Positions 40,303 through 53,802 are shown, counted from the first letter of the stretch. The stretch is 64,000 nt of DNA from Octopus sinensis (GCF_006345805.1 NC_043016.1:1736001-1800000); one strand, 5' to 3'. Translations and numbers: made by a program. Notes: generated from the letters alone by a model not told the origin.

Positions 40303-41014
40303 TTTTCGGTGTGGGTTTTGAGCAACTTGTTGCAATTAACCCTTTATTATAATTAATATAATCCTTACCAAATATGGTATTTTCTATACCGATAAACTAC
40401 TAGGTGAAATTTATTAATTTTATTAAATTAATTATATTTCACCCTTTTTGTATATAGTACGCTATTACTCCCATACAATAAATCTGCGGAACTTCGTTTC
40501 GTTGTTAATGTTTTTGCAACTCACGTGGTGATTTTGGAGGGAAATACGATTTCGCTTGTCTATATAAATGTAGTGATGCTGACAGACCATTATATCGTTC
40601 GGTGTCGCCTGATCGAGCCGGTATAATGGGTGAGTCTTTTTTTCCCCTAGCATTTCTAGATTTATAGGAAATATTGCATTGACAAGGAAATGAACCTCTG
40701 GTTCTCACCCAGAAACGAATTTTCGTCTGTAATTAATCCAAAAGGACTGTGATTTCGTTATTTTCTTCCTTTTTGCCATATACGGGTTGCAAATCCTGAT
40801 TGTTTGTGGAGACTTTTTACTAGTAGGGAAATGGTGACCTATCTAGCTGGCATTTCTTGCATTTTCGGTATGTGGTTTTGAGCAACTTGTTGCAATTAAC
40901 CGTTTATTATAATTAATATAATCCTTACCAAATATGGTCTTTTCCATACCGATAACTACTAGGTGAAATTTATTAATTTTATTAAATTAATTATATTTCA
41001 CCCTTTTGTATATA
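40303..41014. repeat. Direct repeats of ~153 bp (40303-40456 and 40862-41014) flanking a ~400-bp core
   Basis: TTTTGAGCAACTTGTTGCAATTAACC...TTATATTTCACCCTTTT occurs twice with high identity. Confidence 0.85.
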
Positions 41015-41024
41015 TATATGTGTG

Positions 41025-41078
<54 letters not shown>

Positions 41079-42378
41079 TATCTATGTATGTATGTATGTA
41101 TTTATGTATGTATGTATGTGTATGTATGTATTTATGTATCTGTTCGTTTGTTTCCCATCACCGTTTCACAAACTCGTTAGTTACCGGTTAACAGGCTTAA
41201 AAAAATACTTACGTCGATTAATCTGACTAATGATTGTGCAAGGCGGTTCCCCACCATTGCGGCAGTCTAATGACTGAAACAATTAATAGGATCAGTTAAT
41301 ATCGCTTAGGCATTGCCAGACTAATAATGTAGAACTTAATATACATATACTTCAGAATGAAGCGTTAGTCGAGTACAGAACAGTAATAAGGAAATAACAT
41401 GACAAACAAATAAACAATTACCGAATTCCATTGGCTAACAGCTGTTTCTGCTATAGGATGCTGAATACTAACAGCTGAGTCCTTAAGTAACACCTTATAG
41501 TTGCATCAGACCTTCAAATATGAAGTGCAGTTTATAACAGAAACAGCTGTCAGCTAATGAAGCTCATAAAATTATCATTATTATTTATTCTTTTATCATC
41601 TTACACACATAGACACACACACACTCAAACACACACACACAGATAGATTGATACATTGTGTTAATGTTTTTTTAGAGACCGGTTATAATAAAAACAATTT
41701 TACTTTGATCTGATGGGTTACTTTATAGAGTACTAAATTATTATTCTTATGCAGGAAGGATGGCTTAAATGGCCGCAACTTCAAAGTCACAGTGATGAAT
41801 ATCATTATTCTTGTTATATATACATATTTCAATACGGAGCTAATAATTCATGAAAAAGTAATTTGCGAAAATATCATTGACGCTGTAACAATTTAAAAAT
41901 GATAATAATAGAATATAGGCGATTGCAGGCCCAAAATTTAAAAACGCATTGAATAGCTGAAGAATTAAGATTAATCAAAGGACATGCTAAGTATGTCTAC
42001 CTGCTGGAAATAACAGTCAAAACTCTTACTTAAATCGCCAAAATGCACTGATGATAACTTCAGAAATCAACGTCTGAAGCCAAACATACCGATAGTGTAA
42101 TGGGTACTTCTATCCCCTATATAGAACGAGCATACAGATGTAAGCATTGGCAGAAACATACATTTAGGCATATAAGTAGTCTCTATCATTATATATAATT
42201 TAAGTTTAATTTCCTTTTATTTAACATTCACTATTAATATCCCTACTCTTTCCGTTAGCTACTTATGACGTTATATTCATATAACGTTTTTTTAAACATA
42301 TTAATAGCGTTCTGTCTATCGCTATACAAATCCATCATTTTTTGCTAAAATGTCGTATTGACGAGTTTCGTTTTTTTC

Positions 42379-42463
42379 ACTTCCCGAAGAGAAGATTGCA
42401 TTGTTTATACCATTTATTCTTTTGAATAGTATCAGTGGAATTTTCGAAACATGTGTCGAAAGT
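42379..42463 (+). ncRNA. Type I hammerhead-like motif with extended stem II and CCGAAGA core
   Basis: ACUUC CCGAAGA GAAGAUU ... AAUUUUC GAAAC AUGU GUC GAAAGU. Confidence 0.6.
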
Positions 42464-42502
42464 AAAAATACTTGTTTAAACCTGCGTTAACTCCATTTTT
42501 TA

Positions 42503-42541
<39 letters not shown>

Positions 42542-42552
42542 TATATATATAT

Positions 42553-42599
<47 letters not shown>

Positions 42600-43469
42600 A
42601 TATATATACATATACGGGCAAAAGAAAAAAATTCTATGACAATATACTGAAAAATTAACCTCAATGTCTAACGGCTATTTTTCGGCATATTGGCATATAA
42701 TTTATGTTCATCCATCATCGGATTGCAATGCATTGAAGTTAATCTTAGGTTTACACAGCCTCTCCTCATACAAAATAGTCCTCGAAAATTTTTTTACTGG
42801 AATGAATTGGTATCCTTTTACGCACCAACACTGTTTGTCATGCGGTAGTGGGGGACCAACACACACGCGTACACACGCACGCACGCGCGCACGCGCGCAC
42901 GCGCACACACACACGCACACACACAACACACATATATACATATGTATGTGTGTATGTGTGTGTTGATGTATTGTTTCGTAGTCTTAACAGAAAATTCAAT
43001 TTATCGTATTTTTATTTATGTATTTCAATTTAAAAAAAACTTACATTATAAAAAAAAAACAGCTTGAAAATCTCGGATAGGTATGATAAAAATGAAATGG
43101 TATAGTTTTCGTTGCATGCGAGTGTGGTTGCTAATCTATCATGCTCACGTTACGCCTCACCTACTATCCAATCAATAAGAGATATATCTCGGTACATGTA
43201 ACTAAACACACATACACGTATACACACACACACACACACACACACACAGCGTTAACAGCAGGTGAGTTTCACTATGTTCGATCAATCAGTTTTCCCGTAA
43301 TAACAGCCAAACCTCTCACCGTAGTGAAAATTAATAAGAAAAATTAAGGGCACATAAAAAGTTTGTAGTCGAATACTTGCTCTCGTTCAAATTGAGCGCT
43401 GTTTCTTTTTTTTTTTTTAATTGAACAACAACAAAGCACTCAGAAATACGTTTAGGTATATCAAGTAGC

Positions 43470-44200
43470 ACTCCGTTGATTAAGACGAGGGTTACAATTG
43501 ATCCAATCAACAGAACAGCCTGCTCGTGAAATAAATATGACAAAGTTGGCACTTTTAATTACAGGTACAACTGACTTTTGCTAGCTGAATAGACTAGTGC
43601 AACATGAAATAAAGTGTCTTGCTCATGGACACAACATACCAACAGTAATCAAACTCACGACCTGACAATCATGAGCTGAACAACCTGGCGCAGCCTTAGT
43701 TACGACGACAAGGGTTCCAGTTAATCCAATCAATTCAGCGTGACAAAGAGTGTGTCAAGATTGGTTCCTTGAAAAACAGGTACTACTCATTTTTACCATC
43801 TGAAAGGACTAGGGCAATAAAGTGTCTTCCTCATGAACATCACGCTCCGCCGGGTATTGAACTCACTACCTTAAAATTGTGAGCTGAATGCCCTGGCACT
43901 GCGTCAATTACGACGACGAGTGTTCCAGTTGACCCGAACAACAGAAAAGCCTGCTCGTGAAATTAACGTGCAAATAGCTGAACGCTTCACAGGTACGAGA
44001 ATCTTTATTAGGGAAAATTGAGCATGTGGGTCTATGGGAAATACAGCGTTGCACAGAATGTGACAGGGCTGGCTCTTTGTATTACAAGTGTAACTCATTT
44101 TTGCCAGTGGACTGGAGCAACATGAAATAAAGTGTCTTGCTCAAGGACATAACGCGCCAACGGGTATCGAACTCGTCACTGAATACTCTAATCACTTCTT
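43470..44200 (-). mobile_element. Tandem decayed SINE fragments
   Basis: Repeated GACGAGGGTTCCAGTTGATCC / CAGCCTGCTCGTGAAAT and GAAATAAAGTGTCTTGCTCA segments. Confidence 0.65.
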
Positions 44201-45280
44201 CACACGCTTTCACTAGATATATCAACTATAACGACAGAAAAGGCGATCGATTTGCAGGACGTCAGACAAAATGCCTTATTACAGTTTCCCTATATATTCG
44301 TGTATAAGTCGCATTATTTTATACTTGATTGTTAACTGGAAATACTGTGGCAATACTTATGCAAGTGGTAAAGCTAAAACAATGAAAATGAAGCATTTTG
44401 CACTTAAATTTCACGCTAAATTACGGGTGCAAGTAGTTACGAATCTCCACGTTTTGGATTCAAATCCCGCCGAAGTCACGTCTTCTTTCCATTATTCCAG
44501 CGTCCACACAGTCATCAATTAGTGTTAATGCAATCGATTAACTCCTTCCTCGAAATTTGTTAAAATTAATTAATGATAACGCGCGAACGCACACACAAAC
44601 ACAAACGCACAGACAGCCACACGCACACACAGCCACACACACACACACACACACACACATCAACATATTTTTAGTAACACATCTATACGCCATGAAACCA
44701 ATGGGAGACATAGGATGTCCCCGTCAAAGTCACACTACACTAACCTGAAAAGGACAGAATTTGGACCTAGATTTCTTGAAAGAAATGATAGCTATTGCAG
44801 GAATATCTTTACTCATGGTTGCTAAACAGCGAGAATAATAAAGACACGGACTCACGCAGTGAGTCAACCTCCATCCACTTTAAAGGATACTTTGAATGAT
44901 GTTTTATTGAATTCCTTTACTTAGGAGTAAAACGGCATGGTCACTGCTAGAATTTTTTTTGGAAGGCCGCCAATTTCGACATGGGATATGTCGATTAGGT
45001 CGACCACACTGCTCAGCTGGCACCTACTGTATCGAGCCCGAAGGGATGAATTTGAACACAGAACGTAAAGATAGACGAAATGCTGCTAAGCATTTTCCCC
45101 GACGTGCTAACGGTTCTACTCACAGCCTTACATTAAAATTTATAAGCATTTCGCATAAACTCAAACACATCCATATACATGTGTATATGATAGTATTTAT
45201 ACATATATATTCAACATGTGAAGCAGTTGATCCCAATGCATTTTTCTCTGTTTTTCTCTCTTTATTTTTTCATATATATT

Positions 45281-45317
<37 letters not shown>

Positions 45318-45328
45318 AGCAAGTAACT

Positions 45329-45637
45329 GAAGGCGTATGGATCAGTGCTTAGGTCGTCGGGCTCACAAACTTGAGATAGTGTGTTCGATTCCCGGGCTGT
45401 GTTGTGTCCTTGAGCAAGACGCCCCAAATTTCACATTATTCCAGTTCACTCAGCTGTAGAAACGGGTTGTTATGTCACTGGTGCCAAGCTGTATCTACCT
45501 TTGCCTTTCCCTTGGATAACATCCGTGGTGTGGAGAGATGAGGCTGGTATGCATGGCTGACTGCTGGTCATCCATAACGACCTTGCCCGGACTTGGGCCT
45601 GGGAGGGTAACTTTCTAGGTGCAATCTCATCGTCATT
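45329..45637 (+). mobile_element. tRNA-derived SINE, family 2
   Basis: B box GTTCGATTCC; body matches 32356-32662. Confidence 0.85.
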
Positions 45638-45991
45638 TATATATATATTTGCATGAATGATTTCTAAATACAGGTGTATGAATTTATCTTTTACTTGTTT
45701 CAGTCCTTTGATTGAGGCCATGCTGGAGCATCACCAGTACGTCGTTTCTTAAAATTTGGTAGTTATTATGTCAGTCTCTTTTGACGAACCACTAAGTTAC
45801 GGGAACATAAAGACACCTATACCGGTTGTCGAGCGGCAGTGGAGCACCAGTGACACGCACAAAAAGATATATATATATATATATATATATTTGAGTAGAA
45901 AAATGAAATATCTTTTTATGGATAATTCGTTTAACCGATACCTAGTCATCTAAAAGTTTTTGTGAATCTTTGATGTTGACATAAATTCCTT

Positions 45992-46076
45992 GTTTTTCTG
46001 ATGAGAAAGCGGCATAATGTAATCCTTATTCTTCACAATTAGGAATATGCAGCCTTCGGAAACATATGTCGAAATA
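45992..46076 (+). ncRNA. Type I hammerhead-like motif with canonical CUGAUGA core and extended branched stem II
   Basis: GUUUUU CUGAUGA GAAAGC ... GCCUUC G GAAAC AUAU GUC GAAAUA; stem III palindrome ACAUAUGU. Confidence 0.7.
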
Positions 46077-46133
46077 AGGAAATTGTTAATTTGCCGTTCA
46101 ACTCCATTCTTATTTATTCATAAATTTATATAG

Positions 46134-46205
<72 letters not shown>

Positions 46206-46219
46206 TATATATATATATA

Positions 46220-46662
46220 TATATACGATAGAAGGTTGAAAATGCAATTTAAAAGATGTTTATTTACTTAACCGGTTTCACTCTTTGGAAAAGTTGTGTC
46301 AAAAAGAACATAATATTATGAATTCATAAAAGTTTTTTGGATAATTGCCACATAACATGTATATATACAGTCTTTGGTAATAAGGACATGTTAAGGACAT
46401 AAAGAAGTACACACAGTGTGATGAGAATATTTGAAAAATGGGCATTTTTTCAAATATTCTCATCACACTGTTGTACTTCTTATGTCCTTAACATGCCCTA
46501 TTACCAAAGACTGTATATATACATGTTATGTGGCAATTATGCAAAAAAAATTTTGAATTCATAATATTCTATGTTACTTTTGACCATCTTTTTCCAAAGA
46601 GTGAAACCGGTTAAGTAAATAAACATCTTTTAAATTGCATTTTCAAACCTTCTTTCGTATAT
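46220..46662. repeat. Fold-back palindrome with ~220-bp arms and a ~2-nt loop
   Basis: Centre TTGAAAAATG GG CATTTTTTCAA; the arms carry GAGTGAAACCGGTTAAGTAAATAAA and its complement. Confidence 0.9.
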
Positions 46663-46789
46663 AATTCCACTCGTGCGATACCCCACAACTCAACTTTGTT
46701 ATATATATATATATATATATATTTATATAGATATATATATATATATACATATACATATACATACACACACAGAGACATTTTGGGATTTG

Positions 46790-47340
46790 GTTAGATAACA
46801 TTATATGTAAGGAAACAGGTGGTACCTGCCCTAGATATAGAAGGAAAAGCTGGAACAGAATACAAAAAGCTTGTGACAAAGTAAACAGGATGAATGCATG
46901 GTATAAAACCAACATATATCAAGAAGTGATGTTTGTAGAGGCCACAGCCCATGCAGAACTAGCCTGTAGATTTAGGAAAGCTCTGAAGGAGACGAAGCTC
47001 AACACCAGTTCCCTGGTGAAAAGCCAGGGAACTCCATCATATAACAACTATGTAGGACGTACCCCCTTGGAAATACCATATGCACCAATGATAACTGCAT
47101 GGTATGTAAGATTAGACCTGGCATTAACTGTAGAACTAGAAATGTAGTCTGCAGCATAAGATGCTTGGAAGTGGCTTGTAAAGATATGAACATGAAATAA
47201 ATAGGGGAGTCGTCTAAGAGCATCGCGGAAAGTGTAAATGAACGTTTGAAACAGTAGACGACAAAAACAAAAACAGTCCTCCATACTCTACCAACATACC
47301 AAGGACCAACATGGAGGCAATCTACGTCAACTTGACATCC
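46790..47340 (+). mobile_element. Decayed PLE C-terminal fragment (Cys-rich region and GIY-YIG-like domain), a second PLE family
   Basis: PRYRRKSWNR...NAWY, VMFVEATAHAELA, C...C..C...C spacing and IGESSKS..E (GIY-YIG second motif), spread across shifted frames. Confidence 0.65.
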
Positions 47341-47444
47341 GCATCTTATCCAAGCACCCAAAGGGCCCAACCCTCATACACATACAGGAATATATATGTA
47401 TACATATATATATATGTATACATATATATATAATATATATATGC

Positions 47445-48200
47445 AGACCCCAAATTAAAGGAAATTCTAAACATACACCAAATCATTAAAAGCTACAAAC
47501 AACCTAAATCACTTAAAAAGATTCTCACAAAGGCAAAATTGTTTTCTGAAATTACGGATGCAAAAGTAAAAAAATGTCCAAACCTGCTAGAAAGATCAGA
47601 ATTCCTCTTTAAAGAGGGACAGAAACTCAAGATCAAATCTAACTTTACTTGTGCCTCTGAAAACATAATTTATGTCATAAAATGCTCGGGCTGCCGCCAA
47701 GACAACGTGGGATCCACGGGACTATCACTCAGACGTAGATGCACACTGCATCGACAACAGATTGCATTCCCAGAATACAGAATGATACCTTTTAGTGAGC
47801 ACATTGAGAAATGCGCAAAGCAACTACGACCACAATTTTTAATTTTTCCATTTTACCAATGTGCTATCGGATCTCAACACAAATTAGACTAAACAAGGAA
47901 ACATTCTTCATTGAAAAGTACAAGCCCAGACTTAACCATGCAACATACTTATACAGTAAAATTCACACCAAGGGAAAGGAAAACAATTTTTAAAAATTTT
48001 AAGCGGAAAGAAATCACTCATTACCTCCCCTTATTTAGAACTCTTTTAAACATAAACATAAAGATAACTCTGTTCAAGTAAGCATAACGCCGCAAGAATT
48101 TGAAAAGCTAAACGCGAAACCGGTCTTTCTTCTAAATTATGTCATTGTAAGAAACAATTTTTTAATATTCTTCAGACAATATGACGCAAATATATATTTT
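47445..48200 (+). mobile_element. PLE 3' portion: GIY-YIG endonuclease and terminal repeat
   Basis: ORF 47539-47892 FTCASENIIYVIKCSGCRQDNVGSTG.SLRRRCTLHRQQI, then ETFFIEKYKPRLN. Confidence 0.88.
48094..48131 (+). ncRNA. Minimal type I hammerhead-like motif with U3-A8 variant core
   Basis: AAGAA U UUGAAAA GC UAAAC GC GAAAC CG GUC U UUCUU. Confidence 0.72.
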
Positions 48201-48236
48201 TTGACCTTTAAGCCTTCTGTAGTTTTTTCACTTTTA

Positions 48237-48276
<40 letters not shown>

Positions 48277-48375
48277 ATATATATAATATATATACATATC
48301 TATATATACATTATATATATACATATATATACAGATATATATATATACATACACATATATTATATATATATGTGA

Positions 48376-48430
<55 letters not shown>

Positions 48431-49129
48431 CACATATATATCTATATGTATGTATGTATATGTATATGCGCATGTATGTAGGCAAATGGTATGAAAGGTA
48501 ATATGACAGACAAGCACAATACACACATATACGCAAATGAAGACTGAGAGCCATTCCCATATATACACACACTTCACCTCACACAAGGACACATATGGAG
48601 ACACACATCCACACATATGGGGATACGCATCCATATATACGCACACAGTACATAGTCACAAAAACCCATACACACACACTCACAGACACACTCAGAAATG
48701 CATACAAAAGGATGCCTGCATGTGTGTACGCAAGTATGTATGTGTGTGTGCGTATGTATATATGTATATATGTAAGTATGTATGTTTGTATATATATGTA
48801 TTCTGCATATTCATTTGTTTGTGTGTTTATGTGTGTGTGTGTTTGCATGTGTGTACCTCTGTACACACATAAAAACACACAAACAAATAAACATGGATAT
48901 GCAGAATACATACAGACAAACGTACATACATACGTACATATATAATACGCGCACACACATACATACTTGCATATACACACTTACATGCATGCATACATAC
49001 ATACATACATACATACATAATACACACATACATACCTACATACAGACATACATACACACATACGCACACACACCGACATACACATATGCGCACAAACAAA
49101 CCAAAAGAACGCAGCTCGGATAACGGACA

Positions 49130-50480
49130 GAATCAACAACCATTGAAGAGGTTGCAAGACGTAACGAAAATTTTAGAAATATAAATAGGTAAATGAGTGG
49201 AAACTTTACCGGTGAGTGTGTTAAATTATAAGGCACTAAAAGAGAATGATTCTCCCAGACACAACAATATATATATATATATATAAAAGTTCAAGATAGA
49301 AAATGCTAAAATGATTTTATAAAGAACATTTCAGTACCGGTTTCAGTCATTGAGACTTTTTCAACTGTAAGTATGGAAAACAATTAAATTTTGGAAAAAT
49401 TAAAAGAAAAGATTTTAAAATGAATATTTGCATAGTATTCAAATACAAGGGGCATTTTCCTTGTTTCTGCCTGTCTCTGTCTCTCTTGTTTACTCTTGTG
49501 GGTTCGAGGTCGTTGTGAATTCTTGGTAGGGAAGAAGAAGAAGAAGAAGAAGAAAGAAGAAGAAGAAGAAGAAGAAGAAGAAAAAAGAAGAAGAAGAAGA
49601 AGAAGAAGAAGAGAAGAAGAAAGAAGAGAAGAAGAAGAAGAAGGAATGTAGGTAGTGTGAAAGTAGTAAGGTGCTAAGAATTCAAAGGGCTTAAAATTGG
49701 CACGTTATGGATTATAGCAGTGATTGGGAATGTTTTTAATGAATTCTTGAGAATCTCTTGAGTGTATCATTTTTAATATTTGCGTGTGTATTTTTGTTAT
49801 TCTAAGGCCGAGGTGGATATGTCGTTGGTCATTTGTCGTAGACGCGTTCAGAAGGGGCCTGTATTTTGTAATAAAGAGAGTTTCTTTACTAATTCGTTGG
49901 CTCCAGGTTGTATCGCCCCTGAATTGGTAGAGGGGAAACATTCTGAAGCTTGGATTTTTGTTATTGGCGCATATATGTTGGCTGAATGCTATTTTCTATT
50001 TTGGGGAATTTGGGGCAATTTTGATCTGGGATCTGTGCAGAACCAATCTTTGACGTAGACTGTTATTTATTTGGCCTATGTATTGCTCTTGACACCCAGA
50101 ACAGGTCAGTGCGTATATCAGATTCTCCGAAGTACATGTGAAGTTGCTTTTCACTGTGAATCGTTGTCCCTGTTTGAAAGAGAACTCTGATCCCGCAGTC
50201 AAATTGACGCATATTCCACAGTTTGGTCTTTTGCATTTTTTTTATGAACGCTTCTGTTTTTGTTGAGTGTATTCAGGCTTGTGTTAGGAGACTTCATAGA
50301 TTTGGGCTGTCTCTTGCTTTCTATGATAGTGTGTGTTTGGAGGATTAAGCTCATTTGTGGTCCTTTTTTAGCACGGGTATGCTTTGGAGGATGGTGTCGA
50401 GAGCTTCATTGTTGAAAGGGTTGTGTGTGGAGATGTTTGGTAGGGCTTTTGGTTGTAAAGTTTTCTTTAAGTTGGATGTA
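49130..50480 (-). mobile_element. PLE 3' portion (GIY-YIG and terminal repeat), convergent with 47445-48200
   Basis: FTCTSENLIYALTCSGCQEQYIGQ...LRQRLVLHRSQI and KETLFITKYRPLLN. Confidence 0.88.
49329..49370 (-). ncRNA. Type I hammerhead-like motif with U3-A8 variant core
   Basis: UUACAG UUGAAAA AGUC UCAAU GACU GAAAC CG GUA CUGAAA. Confidence 0.7.
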
Positions 50481-51264
50481 TATATATATAGGTGCACCCA
50501 TGGGTGTTTGGTAAGAAGTTTGTTTCTTAGCCACATGGTTCATGGTTCAGCCCCACACCGTGGTGCTTTTCACCTTTCCCATGAGTCTTCTACTGTAGCC
50601 TCAGGCCGATCAAATCTTTGTGAGTAGATGTGGTAGACAGAAACTGAAAGAAACCCGTTATATATATATATATATATATATACACAAACAAGAAGAATTG
50701 TTTATGTCTCTTTTTACGGAAACAAAAGGGTTTATAGGACTGCAAAAAAGAAGTGTTCAAATGTAATTGAGACAGAAATAAAGAAACATTGATTATAGAA
50801 TAAACATCAAATTCGAGTCAACGAGTTTATATATAACACCATACTTCCAAACATTTGATCATCTATAAATATTACCATGGTTCTCTAATATATAAAAATA
50901 TACATATACAAAAGAAAAACAGAGAAGGTAAATATATAAGAAAAAATACAAATATATAGAATGGCCTATCAAAAAGGTAAATATAATCGACTAAAAATTC
51001 TAAAGCGTGTCATGCTACAAAAAATCTAAATAAACTAAAATAAAATATCAGTCGACTAAAAAACCTTTTTTACTCCCCTCACACAAAAGAGTACGTTCAA
51101 AAATTTCAATTCATAAAGCCATGGTAGGTTAGAGGCCAAAATCAAGTCAGACACACCTATAGCCATTTCGGGAGTTCATTGCCGCTCTTCGATTACAGTT
51201 AAAGTGCATCTCGCCAATGACCCCCTCATCAGCTTGAACAGGAAACTCAAACAAAACCAAAAAT

Positions 51265-53215
51265 GATTTTTTATTGCCCACTAGAGGCCAACATAGAGGG
51301 GACAACACAACCTGATTTTAGGGGTCAGATGAAACATTATGACATAACATTGAGATGCAATTAAACATTTAATACAAGACATAAAAACGTATGATAAACA
51401 AATAAAAGACAAAAGACAAGACGAATGGTTGGTGATTTGGGTTCAGCTCCGATCTTACGAGTCCCAATCCACCACTGATATCAGCAATGTACTTCTGACA
51501 TGTTCACATGGTTTCATCCACTCGATTCCATGACAAAAAAAATGGCAAAAACGCCAATCATAAAAAATTTGTTAACTGGCCTATCGCCGCACAAAAATAT
51601 TATTTTTTCCGACAGAGTTCGTAGTAATTCCCCCCACCACGCGGGGGGGGGATAACAAAATGCTTCAAACAAGCAACAAATCAACACAGAGTTCCAACAA
51701 TGAAATAAACAATATATTTAACAATAACTTTAACAACTCTCACCTTATTAAATACAGCAAAAATATCTGAAAAACGCCAGGACACATACAAAAGTGATTC
51801 TTTATTGCCCACTAAGGGCCATCATAGATGGGGACAGCGCAATCTGATTTGGGGTCAGATACACGGTATGATTTTAACATAAAAATGCATTTAAAAATTT
51901 TATATGTAATATAATCAAATGATTTATATTAAACAAAGGACAAAAGAAATGGAGTGGTGTTAGGGTTCAACCCCAACACCGTGAGCCCCAATTCAGCACT
52001 GATCCCTTTCCAAGACACTTTATGACGTACTCACACGGTTACATCCACTCGCAACACTCGTACTATATACTTCTATCTTTTATCGAACATTTTTTGCGAC
52101 AGATACCTCTTCTCCAGCCTTTTCAAATGAAAAGTGAAATACCTTTGCTGTGAGTCGCATTGACAATGCCTTGCAAGCATATTCCGAACGGACAAGGCAC
52201 ATCTGTAACATTGCCTGGACAAGGACTTTTGGAAATTATCCAGCACCCTTAACCCAAACGTACGAAAGAACATGCTGTGAAGTTGAATATACCCGAGACC
52301 CAGGGTCTCCCCCAGGCCATCGTCACATTCATCCTCTACTAACCCTCTATAGAAAAATGCTGTGGAACCCCCACCGCTGGCATTACTCGAACGACGGAAT
52401 GGAAGAGGGTCTTACGACACTCTGTATGCCACTCACTCAACCTTGATCTATGAAAGCCCTAGTCTTCACGTCCACAAAAACTATCGAACGAAGGAATCAT
52501 CTGTTTCGCCAGCAGAGATCACACCCGTTCACCATCCAGGAGAATCCAGAGATGCCTCAACCTCAGCGCATATTTACGCATCAACAGCCAAGGCATCACT
52601 AGTTTTCCTTTTAACGGTTTTTGACAAATGATAGAGCTTCGTGGCCTTCCACAAAAAGTCGAAGAGCTGTCTTTCCAACTTGGTCGACCACGAATCCGGA
52701 CAAGGAACGACGATTAGGCGGTAGGTAATGACCGATGCGATGAACACATTAGCCACCTCCGCTAACCCTTTCAGGGATAGCCTTCGCCAAAACCAGGTCT
52801 TGACTAAGTAGGCCACCCTGCTTGAAACCTCGGCCCAGTTCTTCTCTACCTGGAGATCTGGATCAAACCAAACCCTTAGCAACTTAATCGGTACTTCAGT
52901 GCAACGTCCTACGACACTGTCTGAAGGCATCGACTTGCCCCTCCAGGTGCCGAATTGCAAGACGACCGATTTTTCCCGGTTAATCTTTGCTCCTGCTACC
53001 GTCTTGTAAACCTCAATAGCGTTGCCTACCCCTTGTAGGTATTCCATTTTGGTCACGCTGATGGTGATGTCATCTGCATAAGCTGAAACAAACTCTCCAT
53101 ATCCTGGCTCTCTCGGGATGCCACTCAACTTTCGCAGTAACGGCTCAAGAGCCATCACATACACAAGTGGTTAGAGTGGACACCCTTGGCGAACTGAGTG
53201 TTTGATACAGAACGG
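51265..53215 (-). mobile_element. Tx1/L1-clade LINE RT fragment plus tandem 3' ends
   Basis: ORF 52574-53164 ALEPLLRKL...SAYADDIT...RRLSLKGLAEVAN; two related ~265-bp 3' UTRs (about 51265-51530 and 51795-52055), each with AATAAA on the minus strand. Confidence 0.85.
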
Positions 53216-53224
53216 TCTTGAAAG

Positions 53225-53600
53225 AAAGCAGCTTAATTTTGAAGCAGCTTAATTTTAGAGCGTTGTTGTATACAGGCGCATGTTGATGAAAAAATCTCTT
53301 CGTTTGCGGATTCTGATCGAGATAGCAGTAACGATGCTATCAATAGTGGATTTCGGATGATTGGAGGAGACATTGATATACGAGATTGATTTATTTGGCT
53401 TACGAAATGGATAGTATAGAGTCGTATCCAAATTCAAAGTAACGTCCAAGAAGTTCATCACTTTGGAGTTAACATCAAAAATAATGTTAAGATAAAAGAA
53501 ATCCTTTAAGAAACTTCTCATGGATTTCTTCAATATATTCAATGCAATTTTAGACTGGCCACGTACAGCTAGAAGTGCATCATCCTAGCTAGTGAGGAGG
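53225..53600 (-). mobile_element. PLE RT fragment
   Basis: NFLDVTLNL...YYPFRKPNKSISYINVSSNHP; a decayed xDD catalytic motif lies upstream. Confidence 0.8.
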
Positions 53601-53753
53601 GGGAAAATATCCTTAATCTGCAAAAGGAGGTATAGGCCCACTAAGGTCCATGGTAATATTTATATATGATCAAATGTTTGGCGGTATGGTGCTATATATA
53701 AAGTCGTTGATTCGAATGTAATATTTTTTCTATGATCGATGTTTCTTGATATA

Positions 53754-53802
<49 letters not shown>

